Assembly: GCA_037379345.1 (NCBI GenBank)
Contig: CM074512.1
Span: 25,606,001 to 25,670,000, forward strand
Reading direction: 5' to 3'
Length of the DNA stretch: 64,000 nt
From: Perna viridis
Taxonomy: Eukaryota
Shown: positions 41,829 to 53,148 of the stretch, piece after piece
Numbering within the stretch: position 1 is the stretch's first letter
How the letters are laid out: the number at the start of each line of letters is the position of its first letter
The notes under the pieces: generated by a model
What the model was told of the DNA's origin: nothing
Database searches by the model: none
What the model saw: only the letters and a program-made list of their open reading frames with translations
Position numbers and translations under genes: made by a program

Positions 41829-42581
41829 ATGAGTACTTGTATGGTAAATCTGATCTTGTGAGTTCTGAGTTACGTAGAATGCAGCATGAAGACAGTATAC
41901 AGGGAAGAAGAGACAATGGATTTATTGGAGCTATGCAACAATTTATTTTTAACAAAAATCAGTATTTTGACCTTGCTAAATCCAGGAAGTTAGAAAATAT
42001 AGAAGTCACAGCCAAGTTTGACACAGATGCTCCACGATTAAAACACCCAGTAACATTTAAGTCAAAAGATGCTTTTGTAATTTTGTCACCTTTAAATGCC
42101 AACACCCACTTTCACTTGTACTTGAAGTTTAAGACAACTGAACCAGATGGTTTAATTTTATACAATGGTGGAAAGCAAGATTTCTTGGCTTTGGAGCTTC
42201 AGGGTGGCAACCTTCATTATATATATGATACTGGTAATGGTGCTAGAAGAATTTTTGTCACCACACGTCACAAACTGAATGATAACTTGTGGCATGATGT
42301 TTCCCTTATAAGAACAAGTGTAGAACGCCAACTAATAAGAGTGGATGACAATCCTCCAACTATTGAGGATATGAATGAGTTTCCATCTGTACACTTTAAT
42401 CTTGATGGTGACCTGTACATTGGTGGTGTCAGTAAAAATATGTTTAACACTCTACCTAGTCGTATTTCTTCACGTCATGGTTTCCAGGGATGTTTAGCTT
42501 CACTTGATTTAAATGGAATAAGACCTAATCTATATGAATCTGCAATGGAAAGGAATAGAGGAATTGCTGAAGACTGTCAAG
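41829..42581 (+). CDS. NRXN: Neurexin exon 9: LNS4 end and LNS5
   Basis: HPVTFKSKDAF, FKTTEPDGLILYNGG, LNDNLWHDV, GFQGCLASLDLNG; tttttcag| and G|gtaagt. Confidence 0.96.
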
Positions 42582-42753
42582 GTAAGTTAATGTAATAATT
42601 ATACCTCTACTCAACAAGTGGGTGGTATATTGGAATCACCTTGTCCATCCATCTGTCTTAATTTTGTTGCAATTATCTCAACTCCCAATAGGTGGATTGA
42701 TACAAAATTTATTGCTGTCCAATGTTAACTTCCTGTCTTGTGTAACTTTGCAA

Positions 42754-45700
42754 TTTTTAGCTCACCTGGCTAAAAGCCAAGTGAGCTATTACCATCACTT
42801 GGCAACCGTCATCATCGTCAACTGTCGTCATTACCAATTTTTCAAATATCTTCTCTTCTGACACTACTTGACTAATTGGAACCAAACTTGGTATGAATGT
42901 TTCTTGGGATATCCTGCATAGAACTGATGTTGGGATTTTTATCTGTTGAAAAACATCGCCGCCGTTTTTCATGGTCAATTTTTTGTTGTGGTCTCACTAA
43001 CCACTTCTAACGTTTCCATTACTTTACATGTTAAAAAAGTAATTTTCAAAGTCTCACTGTGAATTCCCAGGACAAATGACATCTTAAAGTTGCATACTAT
43101 TGCGAAGCTTGGAAAGTAAGGCTTCCAAAATCATTATGCTAATGGTACGATGATAGTAGAAATTCTTCACAAAATTTACTTGAATAAATAATACTGAAAA
43201 TCCACATTTTTACCTGTTCTGCTAACTGACAGCATGGAGGCCAATTACTCACACATGTAAACAATATTCATACACTTTTGTAGTTAATTACATATATGAT
43301 TTTAAAGTACACATTCTTAGCTTTATTTTGACTACTTTTAATCATAATACATGCAAATAATGCACTTACAATGCATATGTCTAGGTTCAGTGTGTTTTTG
43401 GTACTACATAGTGGGGTGGTCATTTGACCCGGAAGTGGTTAGTGAGACCTTAAAAACATTTTATGAATTTTTATGTTTTTCTTTTTTTACATTTTATGAA
43501 AGCTTGTTGTATTGTGAGTCTAATAAGACCAAAACTATCAAAATCAGACATAGGACTACAAGGAAATGGTCATTTTTATATCATGCCCCTCAGTGATATT
43601 TCCCCTAAATTACTAAAATATTACAATTTTAACTAACTTGTCACACCTAATTGATACCTATGATAATTCAAGAAGTCGTAATAGTAAATATCATTTATCA
43701 TTATGAAAAAAGAACAGATTTCAACAATTTATATCATACCTATTTCATTACTGTGTGATTCTAAGTCTGTGCTGTGTGAGTATTTGAGTACTTTGAATAT
43801 CCCAAGCAGTGACGTTGTGTATTTCATGGATGACGTCAAGTTATGAGTCACTGTTACTGACAAAAATCTTGTTGCTATGTTGTTTTTTAAAATACCTTGC
43901 ACAATGCACCTCTTAAAATATAGCCAGACTACCAATATCACTATACTGATTTTATGGGGAAATGGAAATAATGACCAGGAAAGGCAATTTTCCTCAAATT
44001 ATGCATTTCCCTGAAATATGCCATAATTTAATTTATGGTCTCACTAACCACTTCTAACGTTTCCATTACTTTACATGTTAAAAAAGTAATTTTCAAAGTC
44101 TCACTGTGAATTCCCAGGACAAATGACATCTTAAAGTTGCATACTGTTGCGAAGCTTGGAAAGTAAGGCTTCCAAAATCATTATGCTAATGGTACGATGA
44201 TAGTAGAAATTCTTCACAAAATTTACTTGAATAAATAATACTGAAAATCCACATTTTTACCTGTTCTGCTAACTGACAGCATGGAGGCCAATTACTCACA
44301 CATGTAAACAATATTCATACACTTTTGTAGTTAATTACATATATGATTTTAAAGTACACATTCTTAGCTTTATTTTGACTACTTTTAATCATAATACATG
44401 CAAATAATGCACTTACAATGCATATGTCTAGGTTCAGTGTGTTTTTGGTACTACATAGTGGGGTGGTCATTTGACCCGGAAGTGGTTAGTGAGACCTGTA
44501 ATCTGTGAAGCGATGTTGAAGTTATTGCCCTTTGTCGATAATTTTTACTCAATGATGAATGTTATTTCTTTCAAAAATCTTCTTCTCTGAAATTACTGGA
44601 CCAATCAGAATTAAACTTAGTATGAATGTTCCTTAATATGTTCTGCATAGAATTGGTGTGGGGATTTTTGATCCATTGAAAAACATGGCCGCTGGTACTG
44701 AAAATAGGACAAATTCTTACATAAATTTAAATTGTTCAGCATGATGAGATCTATCTCTGATCAAATTTTCATTTTAATCTATGAAACAATGTTGGAGTTA
44801 TTGCCCTTTTTCGAAGTTTTTCTCCTATTCTTAATGTTATTTCTTTCAAAAATCTTTTCCTCTGACATTACTTCTCTAATTGGAACCAGATTAGTATGAA
44901 TGTTCCTTAGGGTATTTTGCATAGAACTTGTGTGAGAATTTTTGCTTCATTGAAAAACATGGCGGCTGTTACTAAAAATAGAAGAAAGGAGTCAATCAGA
45001 AGTTTTTCTCATATATCTCCAAAGCCACTTGGTTTGCCAAATTGTTGGAATTATCCTTATTATGAGGCCTACAAAGGTCTGCAGGGATGAAAGTTGTCAC
45101 ACAATTCTTTGTTAGAGTTATTGCCCTTGAAAGGTGAAAAATGATTTTATTTTTTTTTACATTTTTCAGTCTATATCTTAAAAATTATGATAGATAGAAA
45201 CTTGCAGTTGCTGAAAGGACCTTTATGATAAGGCTTACAAAAGTGTGCAAGGATCAAATTGTTGGACAACTCCTTGTTAGAGTTATTGCCCTTGAAAAGC
45301 AAAAATGATGTTTTTTGCAGTTTTTATCCATATTCTGTTTAGAGCATAACAGATAGCATAACCAAAGTCAAATCGAAAAGTCAATAATTTATTGTAACAA
45401 AAACCCATGGTTCATGGTCATTACAGTTGCATGGTACATGCATAACGAAAAGATGTTACATAATCATGACTGTTGATTGTGTGACTACATGTTGTAAAAA
45501 GCTATAAAAAGAAACAAAAAGGGAAAATGTACTAATTGAAACAACTAAACAAAACCTACAAAAGACATATGCAAAATGTCACTGAAAAACCACAATGAAG
45601 TTCAAGAATTAGCCATAAAATTAACAAATGAATTTTCAAAAATGAAAAAGAAAAATAGTACTATCAAAAAAAAAGTTTCAAAATGAAGTTTAAATGGAAG

Positions 45701-46376
45701 AGTAAAGCTTAAACAATTATCTGAAAAGGTATCTCAAAATCACAAAAATATTCACTTTTCCACAAAAATAAATCATACATCACTTAAATATAATCAAAAA
45801 CAAAAGTTCTACTTACATAGTGAGGTGTCACACAATGAGAGATACATAAAAATACGATTAAGATTGTGGTGCACAATCAAACCAAGGTCACATTTAGAAA
45901 CAGGAAATCGATAACACAGTAAACAGCCCGGAAACTGATATAAAACGAAAGTGAAAGTGATAATAATAGAGTACTCCCTATGTAAAAAATTAGAACATAC
46001 CTAAAAATACACAATGCTAAATATAGCTATCAAAATACCATGGTATAACATCAATAACAAAAAGTCAAAAATGAGAATGAAAGTATTAGTCAATACTGGA
46101 GAAAAATGAGTATTATACATATGACAAAAATGCAAGGAAAAATATAACATATAAAAAAGTATAATGTTCATAACTATTATGAAATTATGAACATCACAAT
46201 CCAATATCTTGAAGACAATAATAGATAGAAAGAACATTCAATTAATGAATAGGACAAGTCCTACCAAAGTCTTTTTGAGTCAAAATTGTCAGACAACTCC
46301 TTGTTAGAGTTATTGCCCTTGAAAGGCAAAAAAAAATAATCAGTTGAGCAATTCAGGCTCGTGGGAGCCTCTTGTT
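42754..46376 (+). mobile_element. HINE-like element (same family as 26430) carrying two nested insertions
   Basis: tttttagctcacctggc...gtgagct start; end cagttgagcaattcaggctcgtgggagcctcttgtt; internal agagttattgccctt repeats. Confidence 0.72.
42990..44496. mobile_element. Non-autonomous composite-like DNA transposon (LTDR-INT-LTDR, KolobokP-like), family 1
   Basis: 460-bp direct repeats at 42990-43449 and 44037-44496, each bounded by 18-bp TIRs ggtctcactaaccacttc / gaagtggttagtgagacc; 587-bp internal part; TGT on both flanks. Confidence 0.85.
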
Positions 46377-47239
46377 CTCTATACAATCGAAAAAATTTTC
46401 ATCCCAATAATTTCGACAGCCACTGGATATTGATTTCCAATAATGTGGTTGTAGCTTTATATATGAGGCATGCATTGTAAGCATTTTTGTTGCATTTCTA
46501 TTATTAAATTCCTGTTTAGTATGATTTCAGTTGCAGTAGGGGTATACCTAGTCCAACATCATGTGCAACTTCATGTTATAATTATGGTGGTTATTTATTT
46601 CATGTGTTTTTTACATGATGCAGGTGCTGTAGATGTGAGTTCTTAGTAATATCAGTCAATGGGGTTTTCTGACATTTGATCTGAGAACTAATTTTGTCAT
46701 TATTGTGTCTAATACTAAATTTTAGATCTCCTGTTTGCTAAAATAAGTGACTCATCCATTTAATCATAAAAATTTACGAATCCAAGTTGCTGTACTAATT
46801 TGTCTAGTATGAAATATCAGCTGATCAGTACTGAACAAGTTCCTTTTTGATAATCAGATTTTGCATCATTTCAACTTTTCTAATCTGTGGCTTTGAACAT
46901 CCAGCTTATCACAGGTCAGATGGTTCTATTTCATTGATAAACATTTACTTTTAATCAACAAGTCCACTTGTTTTCTTACAAACTGAATTCTGATATTGAA
47001 CCTGTGTACATTACTCAAGCTGAAGATTACATTATTTTACATTAAAACTTTCTTGTGAAAACAGCTGCTCATACACCTGTCTGAAGTGGAATGTTTATTG
47101 TTGATGAAATCAGAAAATATTAACAGTCTTGAAGAGCAAAAGGCTCCATAATATTTTTCTTTTGCATAAAAAAATCATATAACTTTGCCTGCCTGGGATT
47201 TCTTTCTTATTTGTATTTTCTTATTTTCATATATTGTAG

Positions 47240-47359
47240 GTCCTAGCAGTGGCTGTAAGCACAACTCATGCTTAAATGATGGTCGATGTGTTCCACACTG
47301 GAATTCTTACTCCTGTGATTGTGATATGACATCCTTCACTGGTGATAAATGTGACGAGG
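47240..47359 (+). CDS. NRXN: Neurexin exon 10: EGF3
   Basis: GPSSGCKHNSCLNDGRCVPHWNSYSCDCDMTSFTGDKCDE; ttgtag| and G|gtaagt. Confidence 0.96.
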
Positions 47360-48350
47360 GTAAGTGACTGTACAGTACTGATGAAGCTAGCAATGAAGTG
47401 ATAGGTTAGTGTACAGTTCACTGGTGTATAATGGGTTAAGGATTGGTGATTGTACAGTTTTACTGGTGGTTAAAGAGAAAAAAATTGGTGATTGTGCAGT
47501 TTTAATGGTGGTTAAAGAGAAAAAGAATGGTGATTGTACAGTTTTACCGGTTGTATATGTGATAAGGATTGGTGATTGTACAGTTATATAATAACTGATG
47601 TTTACTGGTGGTGTATGTGATAAAGATAGGCGTTAGTACCGTATTTGCTGGTGATTTATGTTTTAAGAATAGGTGATAGTAGTGTTAGGTATCGGTAAAA
47701 ATTTCAGGATCAATGATCATTAGATCAACATCAACTGATGATTGATGATAAGTGTTTGGGAGTTTGATTAGGATGAACCTTCAATACCTTATTGTCAGAA
47801 TACCTCCATTACCTAGTTTGGATATTATTAAATGTAAATGTGTGAAATCGTCATCAATAAAGTCACATGTTGATTTGAGGCCTGTCCACCCTTGGCTGAC
47901 AGACAACAAATATAATTACCCAATGTTATGGTTAGAAATAGAACAAATTGTCTTTCAACAGAAAGATAAATATTCCAATCAGACATGAAAAAAAGAGTGA
48001 CTTCAAAAAGAAGGATAAGATAAAGACAAAATATTCATATATTTAAGACATGAATGAATCGATCTTGATATTCTGATATCGATCATCCAACCAAAGCTCC
48101 CCAAACGACCAATAACTTGAAGTTCCCAATGATAGGTATACCAGTAGGTGCAGTTTTTCTATGGTGATTTATGTTTTGAGGTTAGGTGATAATTTGTTTT
48201 TGCTAGTGATTTGTTTTAAGAATAGGTGATAGTGCAGTTTTTTCTGGTGATGCATGTTTTAAGGTTATGTGGTAGGGAATTTATTTTTTAAGGTTAGGAG
48301 GTAGTGCAGTTTGTATTTGTGATTTATGTTATTATAATAGGTTATTGTAC
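47360..48350. repeat. Degenerate ~41-bp repeat interrupted by a ~460-bp insertion (~47680-48145)
   Basis: Recurring ggtgattgtacagttttactggtg. The insert has inverted segments gtttgggagtttgattaggatg / catccaaccaaagctccccaaac. Confidence 0.65.
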
Positions 48351-48561
48351 ACTACTGATTTTCAGAGAAAAAAAAATACTCCGGGTTATAATGGTACTTC
48401 ATTAATTCAACAATGTCATTATATGCTTACTATTACCTATGAAAGAAACTGACACCTTAATATCCTAGTTTTGTAATACTTAGTATAAAAAATACAAATC
48501 AATTACTGGTAAAAATCTTTAATGTTATTCTGTATTGTTATACTGCGGTCTTATATTACAG

Positions 48562-48740
48562 ACAGTGTAACTTACTCATTTGGAATACATGGAGGGATGA
48601 TAACTTTTGAGAGACCGAAGGGGAAGTACTATGACACAACTCAGGATCAGTTTGCCTTAGGATTTACTACATCAAGAAGAAATGGATTCCTGTTGAGAGT
48701 TGAGAGTGAAAATGGGAAAGACTTTATTGAGCTTTCATTG
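48562..48740 (+). CDS. NRXN: Neurexin exon 11: LNS6 start
   Basis: DSVTYSFG...DQFALGFTT...LLRVES..GKDFIELSL; ttacag| and |gtaata. Confidence 0.94.
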
Positions 48741-49646
48741 GTAATATTTAAATAATGAACTCAAGGTAACAGAAAGGGTCAAATGAGCTTTGCAGAAGTT
48801 TGGTTTTGTCAATGATATGAAAAATAGACATTAATCTTTTCTTGTAAAATCTACATGCTACCAGTGAAACTTGGATGCTTTGCAAGATTTCTGAAATTTC
48901 TTGAATAATTGCTGTTTGTAAAGGAAAAAAATCAAAAATTCAGAGTTTATGTAGAAAGTTTGAACAAATGTACTAAGAAATCTTCTGAGTAACACTAAGC
49001 CTTTTTATGCCTAAATCACTTGTCTCATTTTATCAAACAGTTACTTGGTGCAGTTATCTGATTAAAAAGAGGTTGTTCATGGATACCAGAAAAATATTGA
49101 TTTTTATCAAAGTTTGAACTTTATAATGCATTTATAACTACTACTATGTGTAAAGTATTCTTATTTACGTTAATACAACTGTTCCAGTGAATGATAGTTT
49201 GCTTTTAATGTGTAAAACATAGACACAGATAAAGAGTAGAAGTATCTGCTCCATTATATCTGATTTTGTACTAAGCAGGTATAATTGATACATTAGGATT
49301 GTGTAGACTTTATATACTGTAATAGGAATGAGGGGCAAAAACATATTTTGTTTCCAGACAATTACTTGTGCAAAAGTGTTTGTATATCAATGAAATTTTA
49401 TTATATATAAGGTACCATACAACAAAAGTCAGGCTGGGATAAATTTTTCAGATGATGACCTTATTTTCACTATAAACACAATGAAAATGCAGTGTGTCGG
49501 CTCCAAAGAATAATTCCCTCTTCATTCAAAGAACATAGAAAGTTTGTTTTTTTATGTACATGTATATGTAAAGAATCCAGTTTTTTTTCTTAGCTATATT
49601 TCCAATGTTCTGTTTAATATAACTTCTTGTTTGAACTATTTAACAG

Positions 49647-49821
49647 AATGATGGAAATATATTGGCTACATACAACATGGGAACAAAGCGAGATATTCCT
49701 ATTGGTGAAACACTGAAGATATTTAATGACAGAAAATACCATATTGTTCGCTTTAAGAGATCTGGATCTAATGCCTCTCTGACAATCGATGATGACAGGC
49801 CAATAATGAAAATTCCTGATG
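49647..49821 (+). CDS. NRXN: Neurexin exon 12: LNS6 up to the SS4-equivalent intron
   Basis: NDGNILATYNMGT...NDRKYHIVRFKRSGSNASLTID...IPD; taacag| and G|gtaagt. Confidence 0.95.
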
Positions 49822-50963
49822 GTAAGTAAAAATTTGGTCATTATCTCTTCCCCTGTTATATATCATCTTAAACAAACCTTCAATTGTATGGTAAAAAGAA
49901 AGTTATCTATGTTTGTTTATACCAAGAGAAAGTAGGCTAAGAAGTTTGTTTTGATTGTTTTGACTACTTGGAGAAGAGTTTTGTTATTGCGGTATGATGT
50001 AATATAAACAAAGAAGCATGTCAGTTTTAATTGACATTCATAGTGGAATTCTCATAAAAAAACCCAGTTTTATAATCTTCATTATAAGATTAAGTAACAT
50101 TGAAATTGTTATCAATTTTTATAACGGAAACTTAGTAGACAGTTCTGACAGACCATTGTAGAATCTTTTCACATCATCATTTTATATACATACAATTCTA
50201 AACAATTCTATTGTTTTTATTTTCATTTTTGCCACCGGGAGAAATGTATCTATTATGATTGTATAAATCTTCGATGAAATATTTTGTACTGAATTGTTTT
50301 TATTGATGTGGTGTTGATTGTATCAGGCTCAAGATATTTACACATAGACAAAATTATTGGTTATATAGACTTCTATTTTTGTTATTACAATTCTGATTAT
50401 AATATGAAAGAAAGAAAGTTTTGTTGAATTACATTGAAACAAAATTTTCTTTGATGCATTTGATATTTTTAATTTTTTATGTACTTAGTAACATTCAAAA
50501 ATGTTTGTGAAGTCTTTTCATTTTTTCTCTAAAAGGTTTTGAAAGTTATATGCCCAGAATTTGGGTTCTTGGAATCTAACCTTATTTTTTTAAATATAGT
50601 TTTTTTTTCTTATGGATATGAATTGGTATAATTTTTTTTTATATGTAACAATCCTTATGATAGTTTAATTTGTATAACCATGGTTTTGTACTTAGAAGGT
50701 ATTAGCATCATTGCTCCAAACTCCACTATAAAGGTTGATCATACCTATTACACATACTTCTCTTTCATCTTGAAAACCATACAGAAGTACTGGGTATGTA
50801 TCTTCAATGAACAAATAATATTTGAAATTACATTGTATGTAAATAAAATTACCTTCAAATTATTTTAAAAGAATTGTTGACATAAATGTGTGAATGGTAA
50901 AACTACAAACATTTATTTTTAAAAAGTCTACTTCAAGGGGAAGATAATTGGCATTAAAATGTA

Positions 50964-53148
50964 GGTCTCAGTATCGTATTAATTTTCCCATAGACTTCTA
51001 TAGTGAAGTGCATATTTTTAGGATTTTTTAAAAAATATGTAAATTGATTCAATAAAACTTTCACTTATGTAGCATTTCTAAGGACATGTGAAAAAATAAT
51101 TTCCCGCAAAGAAAATAGGGTGAGTCCATGAAGATCGGACAGAAAAGTAGTCTCGAACTATAAATAGCCATTTCCCCTACTTTCACTTTCGTTTTGTACT
51201 CACCAAACCAACCTTTTCAGTGGAACATTTTTATGATATTATGTTAGATTTTCTTTTTAAAAAGTTCTTCATCTTACAGTGTGATGTTTGCTCTATTTTA
51301 TAAGTCATTGTTCATATCTTTTGACAAAATATTAGTTTGTAGAGAGGCAAAAAGAAAATGCACTATATTTTTATAGCATCCATGTTTTGACGTACACCTG
51401 CTCAGGGATATGCAATACAATACTGGTACTTATTACTAATAAATATTTCAATATAATCATAAAAGTTGTTGTTTTTCTGCTAGAGTATTCATTTTCATAC
51501 TGAAAATTCAGAACATCATTGCCCTGCTATAAACATGAGTTTTCTATTAAAATTTTTATATAGGTACCCTATTCCAGGCATGAGACTAATATCTCAGTGT
51601 TAGCCAGAAAATATTACTTTTGATAAAAAGCTGCTGCATTAGTCAAACTAAGCAAATTTGTGGTTTATTCTGACATGGTAGATACATGAGCTGTACTATG
51701 AGTTCCAAATCATTATTTAATCCCCACTTGTGACTTCCATATATGGAAATATTAATATTCGAACCTCCGTTTTTGTCTTTAACTCGAGGGAGCTTCTTGT
51801 TTAAAGTAAAGTATAATGACTGGTACAACCAACTGTTTTAAACTATAGATATGGTCATTTCAATTATAATAAATTCAAAAAAAATTATACCAATATCATA
51901 GTTTTAAAAAAATACAGCTTTTCATATGCAGAAAATACAGATTTTAAGCCATTTTGGTACCCCAGGCAGATACAAAAGGACCTCAATATGACAGGAAAAG
52001 GACTTTTTCTTTAAAACAGATAGTTATGATGCAAGAAAAATAGTTTATTGGTATAAATATTATAATAACAACTGTCTGCTTTAGATACTTTTTGAAAAAA
52101 TTCAGTTTTTATATGAAAAAACACCTTTATGTTTCTTGCCGCATTAGAATCTGTCCATTTGAACCACTAAAAAAAGTCCACTGAAAAATTGGCTGTTGAC
52201 TTTTGTGACATTTCTGTGTTTAAATCAACCACAGTTATATGGCAACTCATTTTAGCTATTTATTTGAAAGAAAAACAAAAAATAAAAAAAATATTCATTT
52301 TTTCATATATAAGAGGCAATGTATGGAAAATGACTATTTTCAAGTCCTAACCACATACTTAAAATGTGTTGTAACTTGAAAACTATCCTTTATGCAGGAG
52401 TATTACTTGCTTTAGGTTACATGAATATAGATATGCTCATCATAAACAGTCAAGATAATAATTTTATTGAACTGATATTATACAAATTCATGAAAACAAA
52501 ATGCATTTCCAAATTTGGTAAAGATTAACCATAAACGAAAAAAACAGAGCTACCATAAAAAATCAGGTTCAAAAGTTGGCTAATTCATCTTAAAAGTGTT
52601 ACCTGCATTGGGGTACTACTTTTTCAGCTGGTAAAGACCACTTGCTGAATATCCAACTTTACTTGAAAAACTGGCTTACTAGGTCTCAGTATCGTATTAA
52701 TTTTCTCATAGACTTCTATAGTGAAGTGCATATTTTTAGGATTTTTTAAAAAATATGTAAATTGATTCAATAAAACTTTCACTTATGTAGCATTTCTAAG
52801 GACATGTGAAAAAATAATTTCCCACAAAGAAAATAGGGTGAGTCCACGAAGATCGGACAGAAAAGTAGTCTCGAACTATAAATAGCCATTTCCCCTACTT
52901 TCACTTTCGTTTTGTACTCACCAAACCAACCTTTTCAGTGGAACATTTTTATGATATTATGTTAGATTTTCTTTTTAAAAAGTTCTTCATCTTACAGTGT
53001 GATGTTTGCTCTATTTTATAAGTCATTGTTCATATCTTTTGACAAAATATTAGTTTGTAGAGAGGCAAAAAGAAAATGCACTATATTTTTATAGCATCCA
53101 TGTTTTGACGTACACCTGCTCAGGGATATGCAATACGATACTGGTACC
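50964..53148. mobile_element. Non-autonomous composite-like DNA transposon (LTDR-INT-LTDR, KolobokP-like), family 2
   Basis: 467-bp direct repeats at 50964-51430 and 52682-53148; imperfect 17-bp TIRs ggtctcagtatcgtatt / aatacgatactggtacc; 1251-bp internal part; TGTA on both flanks. Confidence 0.85.

Noticed and set aside
47360-48561. Beta-neurexin promoter or first exon between EGF3 and LNS6
   Set aside because: The intron is mostly degenerate repeat plus an insertion; I found no signal-peptide exon with a phase-1 donor.
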